Source of the DNA: Podarcis cretensis | Lineage: Eukaryota | Assembly: GCA_951804945.1 (NCBI GenBank) | Contig: OX638154.1 | Location: forward strand, 51,956,001 to 52,020,000 | Reading direction: 5' to 3' | Length of the DNA stretch: 64,000 bases | Shown: positions 1 to 12,284 of the stretch, in pieces | Layout: the number at the start of each line of letters is the position of its first letter | How positions within the stretch are numbered: the stretch's first letter is position 1 | The notes under the pieces: generated by a model | Database searches by the model: none | Told to the model about the DNA's origin: nothing | What the model saw: only the letters and a program-made list of their open reading frames with translations | Program-made: the position numbers and the translations under genes

Positions 1-458
1 TAGCATATAATGCTTTAATTGCACAAGCCACCAGACCGTTAACTAAATTTGAATTTGTACTCTTAAACCAAGGGCATGTAGGAAGAGGCTTGATCTCTAC
101 CATGTATAGTATAATGAATTATTACACAACTACAGGCCAATTAGTTGGCCTGAAAACTGCATAGGAAAGAGACCTTAATTTCAACATTGAAGACTATGTG
201 GAATGGTATTTGCTCAAGTAAACCCTTTGAGTCAATATCTGCTTATATCCAAGAATACTCTTTGAAAGTACAATATTACATAGATGGCACCAAACTCCTG
301 TTCAGATCTCACACATAAACTCTCAACCTTCCCAGGTCTGTTGGAGGAGGGTATGCTCAAAAGGGAACTTTTTTCCCTTTATGGTGAGAATGTCCATGAA
401 AGAGATATTTGCAGAAATGTCAGACATATTTAAGTTTCAGATTCAAGCAACCCCACAC

Positions 459-460
459 AT

Positions 461-495
<35 letters not shown>
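459..495. repeat. (ATTT)n microsatellite
   Basis: Seen directly, ~9 units. Confidence 0.95.
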
Positions 496-496
<1 letters not shown>

Positions 497-1744
497 TAAA
501 TATGTGGGATAATAATATGAAGCAGTGTCCTTCAAAAGAGCTATTACTTGGATGCTGGCAGCTGCCGGAATTTCTGCAGCACAAAAATGGAAGACATTAA
601 AGTTGACTCTTGCATTATGGTACAAAGATTTGCAGACTGGTGATCGCTGAAAAAATAACCCACAAACTTTGTGTAATTAAAGGCAAAGATTCTGCAGAGC
701 ACTTCTATGCAATATACTGGGACTTTACCAATAATCTACAATATTCTTTACCTACACATAAAAAGAAATCTGGACTTCATGATTAGAATATATTGTAAAA
801 TGAATGTATCAGATTATACTTACCCATCTTACATATGTATGCATCTCTCCTGTGACTTTCCAGATTTCCAGATTTCCAGAAAAGAAAAAGTATAATAAGA
901 ATAATAAAAACTTCCATCAAATCGGGTGGAAGTTTTCATCTAACACCTCTGGAAGCCATCAAGTTGGCAAAGGCTGCTATAGTTGTACCTCAACCAATCT
1001 CCTCTGAAACTATTCTAGAAAAATATTAGAATTTCTATTCTGGCAAGCAGGACAATTGATCCCCACAAACAACATTTTCCCTGTGCTACAGTATTTTAAG
1101 GAACAAATATGCTTTTGAGGCTGTGTAGGCCAAGTGGCACCTGTCATGGTTTAACTCTTTACTCTTTCCCTGTACCTTAAGTAGATGCCATTCTCCTACC
1201 CCACTTTTTAAAATAAAATATGCTTACTGTATTCAAAAACTAAGTAGGAGGAGGTGTTGCATTTGCAATTGGTATTGTTCACCCCAAACGGCAAGAGACT
1301 TACCCAATGCTTACCCAGGTTTCCGGTTTCAGGAAAGAAGCTCAAAGGAGACAGTTATGTCTTTATTTACACACATATATACAACCTGAACATAGGATTG
1401 GCATAGAAGGGCTCACAGCATAAACACACCAACAGATCTTGCCTCCTCATTAGGTTCCCAGGGGGATCCCCAAGCCACAGCTTTTGAGTCCAGCACAGAC
1501 CAAGCCTCTGTGTCTCCAGCTTCCAGTGATAGCCAAAACTCTCTCTCTCACAGCCCCTCTTTACCTATTGTTTTCAATCCTAGGATGATGTGGGATCCAG
1601 TCAGGTGAGGTGGGAAAAGACCTACTCATTTGTCTCTATGACAACAGGACTCACTCTTTAAGATGCTGGTGGTGAACATTTAGCTGAGCTAACAAAGGAA
1701 CTGGTTTAACTGGTTCAACAGGTTTCATCTTACATATTCTAACC

Positions 1745-2004
1745 CAGGGGTAGGCAACCTAAGGCCCAGGGGCCGGATGCGGCCCAATCGCTTTCTCAAT
1801 CCAGCCCGTGGACAGTCCAGGAATCAGCGTGTTTTTAAATGAGAAGAATGTGCCCTTTTATATAAAATGCATCTCTGGATTATTTGTGGGGCATAGGAAT
1901 TCGTTCATTCCTCCCCCCCCCCCAAAAAAAAATATAGTCTGGCCCACCACATGGTCTGAGGGACGGTGGACTGGCCCACAGCTGAAAAAGGTTGCTGACC
2001 CCTG
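1745..2004 (+). mobile_element. Non-autonomous hAT (Charlie-like) DNA transposon
   Basis: TIRs CAGGGGTAGGCAACCT / AGGTTGCTGACCCCTG. Perfect 8-bp TSD TTCTAACC. Second copy, inverted, at 28048-28298. Confidence 0.9.
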
Positions 2005-3010
2005 TTCTAACCCCACAGATACAATATCTCAGGCCTGGAAGGGACCCATGGATATAATCCAGACTGCCCCCCCCCCCATTCTATACAGTTTACTCAGCTA
2101 GACAATGTAAGTACAGAGAATGAAAAATTGTGCAAGAACATTTTCTTTATATTAACTTAGAACATCTGTCCAGTATCTGAAGCCGATGTCCAACTATTTC
2201 ATTTCCAGAAGTAAGAAAACGATAAAGTACATAATTTGACCCATGTGTTTCTCCTTTAGCAACTTTTACTTGGTTGGTTAGGGGGTTTTTTGGCCAAGGG
2301 AAGGTTGCACACTTTGCTCTACCCATGGTCCAATCATGTTACTTCTCTGTGTTAATTCTTAGGTTATACTTGCATGGCTGCCCCTATCACAAATAACAGA
2401 CTTGTTTGTATAGCAAGTTTTTGTTTTGTCCACCCAATAATGAGATCAGCTCCAGCTTTAGTGTACAATATATCTGTTGACCTTTTATAGTAAAACTTTT
2501 AACCAAAAACTATTAACTGTTACACAGGTCCACCTCATGTGGAAAAATTATCCCAATTAGGGCCTTTGTCGCCAGCATTGTGGACTGGTTGTACTGCTTA
2601 GTTTTGGCAGTGGAAGGCAGTGGATGATTTTAAATGTGTCTGCTCCAATTGCTAAAATAGATTTAAATAGTTAACACAGCTACACTTGAGGCTTTTTTGA
2701 GATGTGACTTTTATTTCTTCAGAAGGTCAGGCTAGCTGATTGCAAGCAATTTGCTTCATTTTATTTATAGTCCATCTTATCTCATAGGGTCAGGGCAGGA
2801 AACAATCATTTTATCAAAAAATGACAGGCATATCCCCATCCTTGAAGGCATAGGAAATTGATACAAATGGCTGAGGGCTGTTGGGGGGCGGTGGCAGAGA
2901 ATAATACTACTACTAATAATTTGAACATTAGTATGCTTCAAGGTGTCAATAAAAGCTAACCCCATTTCACCCGCTCACACCCACCCATAGCAGGGTGTCA
3001 GCAGCAGTTT

Positions 3011-3063
<53 letters not shown>

Positions 3064-3080
3064 GATAGAGATGATAGATA
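3011..3080. repeat. (GATA)n microsatellite
   Basis: Seen directly. Confidence 0.95.
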
Positions 3081-3654
3081 TGCCTTAAGCCTATAACTAT
3101 ATGCACTGCTGTTACCTTGGTCCCTGACATGTCCCTGACAGCCTGCAACAGAGAAGATCATCCGAGATTTAGCACAGACCATAAATTCTGCAGGCAACCA
3201 GGTTTCTGTTCCAAAAACAGGGAGAAATATACCTTCTTCTTTAAATAGCTCTTGCATCCACTTTTGGGTTTCACTGTAATCAGACTCAGGCAGTCTTTAC
3301 CATCTGTATATGTGTTATTTATCAAGAGGGTTTCTTCCCAGCCTCTCCATTTCTAGACCCCACAAGGCAGCTTATGGCAAACTGATTTAAAAATACGTAG
3401 CAACAACAAGCCAATGCTGATATTAAAACAGAGCAAAAATGGCAGCAGAGCCCCACAAAAAGCATATAGTTCAAAAAGAACCTAAAAGTGTGGTGCTGAT
3501 AAAAGCAAACATAAAAGACTCTGTTACGCTACATTCCTAAATCCAGACAAAGGTCATCTAAGGTGTGGTATAAGTGCTGCTCTGCTCCCAGAGAAGTACA
3601 TGTGAGGCATTATTCATGCCACCGAGGGCCCCCAGGTATGTCCATGGAAAGCTT

Positions 3655-4015
3655 ATATGAAGAGAACTGTTGGATCAGACAAAAGGCCCATTTTGTCCAA
3701 CAGTGAGTTCTCAAAGTGGCCAGCCAGATGTGTATAAAAAGCCTGCAAGTACGACTTGAGTGCCAAAAAACCCTTTCCCCAGCAACTGGTATTCAGTTGC
3801 ATATTACCTCTGACAGTGAAGGTAGAACATAGGATGGTTAGTATCCATTGACAGCCTTAGCCCCTGTGCATTTGTCTAATCCTCTTTTAAAGCCATCTAA
3901 GTTGGTGACCACCCCAACACCTTGTGGGAGCAAATGCCATAGTTTCACTAGGCAGTGTGGGAAGAGGTACTTCCTTTCATCTGCCCTGAATTTTCCAACA
4001 TTCATTGGATGCCCC
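3655..4015 (-). mobile_element. CR1 LINE 3' fragment (degenerate)
   Basis: Resembles the CR1 3' end (tctaatcctcttttaaagccatc...gggagcaaatgccatagttt...aagaggtacttcc). Confidence 0.65.
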
Positions 4016-5640
4016 CTTCCCTTTTGATTTCAATTGTTATGCTTTCTCATTTACAAAGTACCTACATTTTAAATAAACTCTGCACAGATTAAAAACATGA
4101 CAGTCCCCGCTCGCAGGCTTACAACCTAAAAGGCAGGACTCAAAAAGGGGTGGGGGGGAAGGGGTGGGGTAGAAGGAGCAAAACAAACATCTCTGGCACC
4201 AGTTATTGTTCTTATATTTCCCAGTTGCAACACATCAAGTGAGGGGGTGGGGTTGGCACTGCTCCTTGCTGGGGCCAGGATTCAAATCTCCTCCTCCCTA
4301 AAAACCCAGTTTGTCAAGGATCTTGGGTCCACACTAGTAGATTTAGCACAACCCCCTGGTTGGGTCTAAAGCTGGTGCTGGTTCTCTAAAGCGTTATCCC
4401 GCTGAGACTGCCTTGAGCAGGGCAGTTTTAGCAATAGGTTTACTTGACACTATAATGCTTATTAAGATCACTGCACAGCAAGTGTAAGTAAGGGAGGAGT
4501 GGCTACACTTTAACGAAACGGAGCTGTCATACAGGATAATCCTAACGGATTTAAGCAAATGTGCTCAGGGGTAAGACCCTATGTAACTAAGAGTAAATAA
4601 TGCTTGGCCTATATATAGCTGGCCCAGGGCAGGAGGTGGGGGAAGGGCCAGGTGCAGAGGCATCCCCCAGGCCCATTCTCTGGCCAGCAGTGGAAACCAC
4701 TAATGAGCATGCAGTTCCTCTCTGGAGCAAAGAATTATTATATAAGCCCAGAGAGATTGGGTTGGCAATTTATCAAGTGATCCCAGTTTAGATCCTGTGC
4801 CAACAGCAAGCGCCCCATTTGGCTCACTCCATTGGAATAGCTAATTAGAGGCAAGAGAGAGCAGCTGAGGGCAAGTGCAGCCAGCAGAGAAACGGTGGAA
4901 AGGGGCTTACGATGTACAGCAGCAGCAGCAGGCAGGGAAGGGGACGGGATGTGAGAACTGGATGCAAGCTAGTGCCCTTGAGAGCTGCCTGGTGCCAGGG
5001 GAGCCGGGAAGGCGCAGGGAATACATTCCCTTCCCAGGCCTCCAAGGGGTAGGGTGCTTGGGGACCTGGGGTGGTGGTTCTGCTGAGCCATCTCAGTCCC
5101 TCCGCTGAGGTCCGGAGAAGAACATAAGAGTTGGAGGTAAGAACTGGGCTGTCTGCCCACAAACAGATTAGCAAGGTATACCCTCGGCAGCTATGTGGGA
5201 GTTAATCCATGATCCACTTGGCGTGGGGAGGGGGTTCGTGGGACATGTGAGCAACGCCAGTGGTGATTTCCAGAAAAGATCCAGGCTTCTCCTCCAGCCA
5301 GCAAGGAAGGACTGTGGTTCAGCGGCAGAGCCAAAGGTCCCTCATCTAGCCCCAGAATCTCCAGATATTGCTGAGGAAGGTCAATACTGAAGAACTGCTG
5401 CCAATCTATGCATAGACCAGCCTTTCCAAACCATCAGCCCAAGCTGGGCAGGACTCATGGGATGGTGGTGGAATTCTGCTCTAGATAATAGCAAGCTAGA
5501 TGGACCAATGATCTCTTCTTGGATTAAAGCAGCCTTTTATATTTTGAATGAGGAAGTGTTAATCAGAGTAACTGGGTCTTCCGAAGGTGCATATGAAAAC
5601 CAGTGTGCCATATCTGCTTACATTTGTGTTGAGTCCCCAG

Positions 5641-5958
5641 CAGGGCCATTTTAAGCATATCTGGCGCCGTGGTGTAAAGCTCCCTCTGGCACCCCCCGCC
5701 CCCATTTCCCAGAGTTTTTTAGAGAGGACGGCGCTGCCGGCGGGGCTGGAGGAGGCGGGCAGCGGCTGGAGGGTGGCTCCTCTGGCAGGGAAGAGGTGGA
5801 GGCTGGCCGCGGTGCCTCCCGGCTCAGCTGGCCGCTGCATGCCGTGGTGGGCAAGGGCGGCGAGCTGACAGGTGCCGCGTCCAGCCTCTGCCTCTTCCCT
5901 GGTGCCCTCCAGAACTTGGCGCCCTGCGCCCCTAGCCTGTATGGGTAAGACGCCCCTG
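5641..5958. mobile_element. GC-rich non-autonomous hAT element
   Basis: Imperfect TIRs CAGGGCCATTTTAAGCAT / ATGGGTAAGACGCCCCTG. Perfect 8-bp TSD GTCCCCAG. Confidence 0.85.
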
Positions 5959-6929
5959 GTCCCCAGCAAAAACAGAGTGGCCACAGGCACCAGCCTAGCT
6001 TAAGGAGAGAGGGGAGTTGCATGTGTGCTTGAATAGCTGGGGAAAGGGGGCGTAATTCTTACAATGGGTGGTGCCTTGCCTCTATTCCATGGAATCAGAA
6101 AAGGGAAGACTTTCCAGTGTGGCTTAGCTGCTCTCCAACAAGACCACTGTACCCCATAACCCAGAATCTCCCAGGCCCCTAGCACATGCTCCTGGGCCCT
6201 CAGGCCAGGATCTGGGGGCAGAAGACGGGGGTCCCATGCAGCAAAATGATGAAGGACCCCCAATGCATGACTTTATAAGTGAGCAAAGTCATACAAATTA
6301 TTATTATCTAAGGATGATGGGGCGGGGGATAGAAGACAGTTAACTGCTACTGAGCACCTGGAAGTAGGGACTGGGGGAGCTTGATGAGACAAGAGCAGAA
6401 CTTGGCAGAACAGCACTGTGCGTCTGCCGTTCTGTCCAGAGAAAGGCAGCCGCGATTCAGCTACTGGGGTCAGGGATCAGCACTGCCAAGCCGCTGATCA
6501 CCAGCACTGCACTGGCATGGACTACAAACCAGTTCCTGCTGTGGCACAACATCCTTGAGGAGTTTGGGTGGGCAAGGACTGCTCTGTACCTCCCCTAGCA
6601 ATGGATGTAAGGAGCAACTGCCACGGCTTCCAGCCACTCATCTGCTCTCTCCTGCCCTGGGCAGCTCTGCCTGTGGGTGATGCAGAAGTAAGGACTGCCC
6701 AGCTTGAGAGTGCAAGCAAACGTCATGCCCAATACTGTGCCACCAGGAGGGAGGATGCAGGTGAGAGTATGTGGGTGGCCCACGTTTTGCATGAGCAGCT
6801 GCCTCTGCTCACCTGCACCCTCCCTGCTGTCCCTCCCTGAGAGAGAGAGCGCAAGCCGGCAGAAGCAGCACCTTACTCTGGCTCTCCTCGGGCCCAATCC
6901 TCTCCACCATGTTGTCCAGAGAGCGAAAG

Positions 6930-8230
6930 TGCCCGCCGCCTCCAATCCTCCCCCTCTCTGGTGGCAGCGAGAACTAGGAGGCAGAGAAGTGCCTCATGAC
7001 CGTCGCCAGGGCGCCAGCTGCCCGAGGGCCCCAGGGGCCTCCGCGCCGGTCCCAGGGGCGGCGCCTGCGCCGGCTGCTCGGCTTGGCGGCCGGGGTGGGG
7101 TGCGGCGAGGTCCCACCCGTGGCTCTTTCTCTTGTCTCTCGGGCGAGCCCCGCCCTGGGGATCAGGTGACAGCGGAGGCTGGAATTTGACACCAGACTCT
7201 GCCAGCCGCGGAGATGGAGCCGGTGCTTTTCTTCCTGCCAGAGGCCGCCTGTCCCGGAGCCCGGCCGGCCGTAGGTCCGCTTCCCGAGGGCCGAGCGCCG
7301 TGTGCGGTGAGTCCGGCCCGGCGTGGAGGGGGGTCCCGGGATCGGGGCTGCCCTGCCGACTCTGGCCCGGACGCCAGCCGCTCTAACCCGATCTTTCCCC
7401 GCAGGGGGGCGCTGAGCCCACCGGGCACCTGCCGGCCATGCAGGCGACGTGAACGTCGGGCGCCCGAGGGAGCGATCCCGGCGGGGCCGGGCTATGGCCC
7501 CCGGGGCCGGGTGAGCGCAGGAGCCGCCGAGGAGCCGCTGCCGCCGCCGCCGCCGCCGCCGGGAGGTAAGGAGGGGGGCTGGCGAGCTCGTGGTCCTCGC
7601 GGGGAAAGGGCTGTGGGTGTGCGCAGTTCTGTCCCAGAGCGGGGAGAGGCGAAATCTCTGGTCGTCGGGAAGGGGCGCGGGGGCCCTCCTCTTTGCTCCC
7701 TCCCCGGCCGATCCCGGTGTAGGTATTCCCCGTGGCTCTGACCAGGCCGCCGGTGACCGCGTGTCTCCCGTGCAGGGAGCGGATTCGATGCCCTGGAAGG
7801 GCCGGTACCCGAGGGCAGAGGGAGGCGCTTCCCGGCCCGGATCCTCGGAGCATGGTCCCCGGAGAGCCGCGCGCAGCAGGAGGCGCCCGATCTGCCGAGA
7901 CGGAGCGCGCGGTGAGTGCGGCGGGCGGGAAAGCGCGAGCGCAGCGCCCCCTGGACTGGGGCGGGGAGGAGAGAGCGGGGCAAATGCGCGGCTGGGGGGG
8001 GGGGGGCGGAGAAGCAAGACTCTGGAGCGGAGCAAGTAGGCAGGCTGTTCGGAAGGGGAGCGGGCGCTTGTCGCGGCAGGGCTGCTTCTCCGCCGCCGAC
8101 CCGGGTAACTCTTGGCGGACCTCGAGCGCCTTCGTTCTCCAGAGGGCCGCTTGCTCGGAGTCGAACCGCACGCTCGCTCGCTCGCTCGCTCTCTCGGTTC
8201 CCCGCACCCCACAGCTCAGGTCTGCCTCGT
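6930..8230. promoter_or_regulatory. CpG island, probable ARTN promoter and non-coding first exon(s)
   Basis: Very GC/CpG-rich ~1.3 kb with (GCC)n and GC boxes and several candidate + strand donors (e.g. gtgagc ~7511, gtaagg ~7566, gtgagt ~7912). Lies 4-5 kb upstream of an ARTN ATG exon that itself begins with an acceptor. Confidence 0.7.
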
Positions 8231-8420
8231 GGCTCCAGTCTTAAGTTTTCCAGGCAGCTCCTCTGGAGAGAATCGATGGTTGAGTGTGTTGTATGTGTGT
8301 GAGAGAGGCAGAGAAAGACAAGAGAGCCGGATGCAGGGTGTCTCTTTGCCTTTTCCCAGGCGGTCCACGGTCCTCTTCTCTTCTAGAATTTCTCTGGCAT
8401 TTCTCTGCGTTTCCTCCAGT

Positions 8421-8590
8421 CCAAGAGTGGCTAACCTTAGGCCCTCCAGATATTGCTGGACTACAACTAACATCATTCCTGACCATTGGTAATGTTGGAT
8501 GGGACTGAGGAGTCATAGAATCACAGAATTGTAGGGTTGCAAGGGACCTCCAGGGTAATCTAGTCCAACCCCGTGCAATGCAGAAATCCT
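8421..8590. mobile_element. Partial fold-back hAT MITE (ACTACA family) abutting a minus-strand CR1-type 3' tail
   Basis: ggccctccagatattgctggactacaact... is similar to 42140-42275. From ~8512, tcatagaatcacagaattgtag...tctagtccaacccc is a CR1-type tail. Confidence 0.6.
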
Positions 8591-10417
8591 GCTCATGGTA
8601 CCTGGGTGGACTTGACCCACCAAAACAGCCAGATGCACTGACCCTACAGAGCCTAACAACTTCTAGCGAGATCTCTGGGGCTGTTAGACCAGGCCTATCA
8701 GGAAGGACCTCTCTGGCTTCCTCAGGCACTTCCAGAACATATTTCCACCAGCATTCAAAGGAGAGAGAGAGAGAAGAATTCGACACAATTTCTACATCAT
8801 CAGAACTTGAGAAACTCAGCTCTTCCACCTCAGTCACTGAGCCTACAATGCTATGCAAACTTACCTGAGAGCAGCAGGACTTACGTCTGAGTAAACGTGC
8901 CGAGGATTGCACAGCAAGTCTGTTTTCCACTCCCCATCACCACCGGTGTCCGGCAGCCCACTCCTCTTTTCTGCTGTGGTTCCGATCCTGGCGTGACTTC
9001 TCTGTTGCTTCCTAGCAGATATAATTCCTGCTGTTTTTGGTTACTGTTCAAGAGAATGTGGCGTCAGGTTGCGAGTCCTGCATTAGCTTGCTTGCTCACT
9101 TAGTCTTTTGACTGTGTTCGTTGTAGACACCAGGGACATATTGGGCTGCTCCGGTGGCTGAGTGTCCAGAGATGAGGCTCCAGAACTGACACTTTGGCAT
9201 GCTGTTCCAGCCACAAGGGGTCCAGGATAGCATATGCATGGATGCTTTACAAAGTGAGCAGGATGTTCAGAGTTGTGGGGGTGGGGGTGGAGGAGCAGGA
9301 GCAGGAGCGGGGTGTATATTGGCTGCTCATCAGCTTCAAGGAAGACTTTGCTGCCAACATCTCTTTGTTTTGGAAAGTAAACATAAATCTTCAAACCAGC
9401 TTCCTTCAAAAACTCCTGCAGCTCTGCAACAGAATGCCTTAGAGTCACCACTTTAGATTGTTATGACAGTTTGAGGCACCAGAAAGATAATATTCTGTTC
9501 TCCCCGCCCGTACTAACCCATTCCTTTCTTACTAGCCATTGTTTTGTATATTTCCCTAATTACCCACAAATAGACTATGTGGTCCTATGTGCTCTGACTG
9601 CCTATTTGGCTCTCCCAGAACCTGTTCCAAACACTCCTCCCTGATTTGCGAAATGCAGCACAAGCAGCCCTTCATTTCTTAATCGAAACAGCTGCATGAC
9701 AGGGGAAGATGCTGTTTTGATAATGCCCTTGCCCCTGTGTGCTACGAGGTGGCACATACCAGGCAGGAGTCTTCAGGAATACATTTCAAAGGATTTGTGT
9801 CATCCTTCTGACACAGCTTCTGAATTCATTTTGCAGCCAGCAGTCAATGGATAAGCCTCCCCTCCCTTCCATTCTTCTCAGTCCTCTTGGGTTTCCCTGG
9901 GAATTGAACTTGATTCCCCACCCCCATAATTCTGATCCAGGTCTGTGGAAGACTTGCATTAATGAACATGAGTCAAATTCAGGCCTCTGCATCAGAGGAG
10001 GCATGGCTTTTCCACCCAAAGGTCTTGGGAAAGCGGAAAGATGTCTTTGAAGCTTCCAGAGTTGTTGCTGGAAGCTGATGACTCCCAGAAGCTCTGCAAT
10101 CAGTGTGGTTATTACTCTGTGCTGGGTCTGGCAAGATATGGAAGCAGATTTCCACTGGGCCTCAATGTCTGCATGGCTGGGGACTCTGCATACTAGGTAT
10201 GGTTGCCTGGATGGCAGAAAATAAACAGAAGTCTGAATTCTGAAGATCAGTAGTATCTATTAGGATGTGCTTGGACATTGGACCCAGAGGATATAATTTC
10301 CACATTTCACAGGTTGACCTTCAGAAGCTATTCTTTTCTCTACAAAATCACTGGTAGGACCTCCCCACCTTCCAGGACAGACATGGATATTCTGTGCAGG
10401 GCTTAAAGATGGAAGGC

Positions 10418-10856
10418 TCATAGACTATAGAATTGTAGTGTTGGGAGGGGCCAAAAGGGTCCTCTAGTCCAGGGGTAGGCAACCTAAGGCCCATGGGCCG
10501 CAAGCAGCCCACGGGGGTCATTTAACCAGCCCACGAGCCGTCCCCTAACTGAGCAGCCCACTTGGTGAGTCCCCATGCGCTGTGCTAAACCAGCACAGCA
10601 CGGCACAGGAACTTGCTTTCACAGTGCCGGAAATCACATCTGCGCATGCTCAGGCGCCGGAAATTGCGGCCGTGCATGCGCAATCTGGCCCACGGAGGGA
10701 TCTCAGCTGGAGTGAACCGGCCCAGGTGAGGTAAACCTTGCCAACCCCTGCTCTAGTCCAACCCCCTGTGATGCAGGAATTATTTCCCCAATGTGAGGTT
10801 TGAACCCATGGCCCTGAGGTTAAGAGTCTCTTGCTCTACTGACTGAACTATCCCAG
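10418..10856 (-). mobile_element. tRNA-Lys(CTT)-derived SINE with CR1-type tail, split by a hAT MITE
   Basis: Minus strand reads gatagttcagtcagtagagcaagagactcttaacctcagggccatgggttcaaacctcacattggg (degenerate tRNA-Lys), then a CR1-like tail ending ttctatagtctatga. Flanks GGAAGGCT/GGAAGCCT. Confidence 0.8.
10470..10750 (+). mobile_element. Non-autonomous hAT MITE nested in the SINE
   Basis: Starts CAGGGGTAGGCAACCTAAGGCCCA (as 1745 element), ends CTTGCCAACCCCTG. Perfect 8-bp TSD CTCTAGTC. Confidence 0.9.
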
Positions 10857-12194
10857 GAAGCCTGTCTTTCTCACAGCTACCCACACTGCTGCGTCTTTAA
10901 ATCATTTTGGAACTCTCTGTTTCCCAGTCTGCGGAATCAGGGCTAGGTTCTCCCTCTTAGCCACTGAGATGAGATAAAAGGTTCCCCTCTGTGTGTGTGT
11001 GTGGTATGGGCAGTGTAAAAAATGCAACAAAACTCTGGTTCTCTATTGCCACCTTGTGGGAATCTGATAAAGTGCACATCTCTGCAAACGACCAGATTTC
11101 CCAGATGTTCCCTCATGCAGGAGATGAATCCTGTCTGGTCAGGTCAGATCAATGCCAGTTGAAGGTAGTCTAATATCAAAGCTAGCTAATTAAGGTGGTG
11201 GCAACTTCAGATGGAAGGATAATCAAGAACCAAAAGAGTTTACCTTTGCATCCAGCCTCTACACAAGCTCTTTTAAAAGGGCTCAGCTGTTTAATACTCT
11301 GGGGAACCGCTCTCTGTAGTTGCAGGGCAAAAAGTAGTGTGAGGGCAGACTGTGCCTCTGATAAAATCTGGTGCTTCACTTAGTGGGTTAGCTCTAACAA
11401 TGAGCTTACAATCTAAAATTTTACACTGGGGTAAAACTGTCTGCAGTTGTGGGACAGGTGTGCTCATATCTCACAAATCATAGCAGTGGCATAATAAAGT
11501 ACCCATGTTGGAAGCACTTACTGTCATAATAGACTCTTCCATGTGAGCTTTTCCTGGTTGCATGCCTGGTGGCAGCCCTTACAAACCCCAAGCCATTTGT
11601 GTGCATGTCACCGTAAACATGAACTAGCACAAAACCTTCAGAAATTATCAAGCTAGGTCTCATCAGAGTTGGAACTGGCCAGGAACCTCTTTTGTCCCAG
11701 TCCTGGGTAGGTGCCTGATCTCTCCATGGTACCCCTCTAGAGATGACGATGAAATACAAGGAGCTGCAACACTCATGCCTGTTTTATTTATTTCAGCACC
11801 AGCATCCACAAGATAGTTGCTTGCTGTGGATATTGGTGGTCTTAGCTGATGCTAAGGAAATGGCTTGTTTTAATTTTTCATTGGCCAAGATACATTATTG
11901 GGACAGAGCCATGGGAATGTCTCATAGCCCAATCCTGTTCCTGTTACAGACTCATACCAGATCCTAAACTGCAAACTTTCAGGTCAACTATCTCTTGCAA
12001 GGGTCATCTGAACTGCTTTTATTTAGCTCAACTGACTCACTTATCCAGAGAGGCTTGCAGTGCAGGAAGGAGAAGTGTAGATCTAGACAAGGCTGATGTC
12101 TGGGCCACAGTAAGGCTGAAGGTGTAGAAATTAGGCTATCCAATTAGGAAAGAAAGGTCCGGTTCCTGAACTGTGTCTTTGTGTTGCAGGTAGG

Positions 12195-12284
12195 ATGGAG
12201 TGGAGAGTGGAGGGGCCAAGGCACAGATCGGACAGATCTCCCTCTGCCTACAGGAGTTTGCCTGTCCAACAAGAGCGATACAGG
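12195..12284 (+). CDS. ARTN: ARTN coding exon 1 (MEWRVEG...QERYR)
   Basis: Acceptor tctttgtgttgcag ends 12189. Strong Kozak aggATGg. Donor AGG|gtgagt, phase 0, joins the next exon in frame. Low sequence similarity, so placed by splice logic. Confidence 0.72.

Noticed and set aside
1-1100. 3' end of an upstream gene (ST3GAL3 expected by synteny)
   Set aside because: No sialyltransferase exon is recognisable; the sequence is AT-rich and non-coding only.
1142-2017. Possible solo LTR (TGT...ACA) hosting the hAT insertion
   Set aside because: No matching 4-6 bp TSD and no second copy in the window, so it cannot be supported without a repeat library.
4146-4170. G-quadruplex-capable G-tracts (also ~19264 and ~34513)
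   Set aside because: Common in vertebrate DNA, with no positional evidence of function.
6974-8302. Long overlapping ORFs (412, 274, 175, 170 aa) on both strands
   Set aside because: They lie in a CpG island where stop codons are rare. The products are low-complexity R/P/G/A-rich with no recognisable domain, and most frames are open.
10780-10856. tRNA-Lys(CTT) gene on the minus strand
   Set aside because: Multiple stem mismatches and direct linkage to a CR1-type tail identify it as a SINE head.
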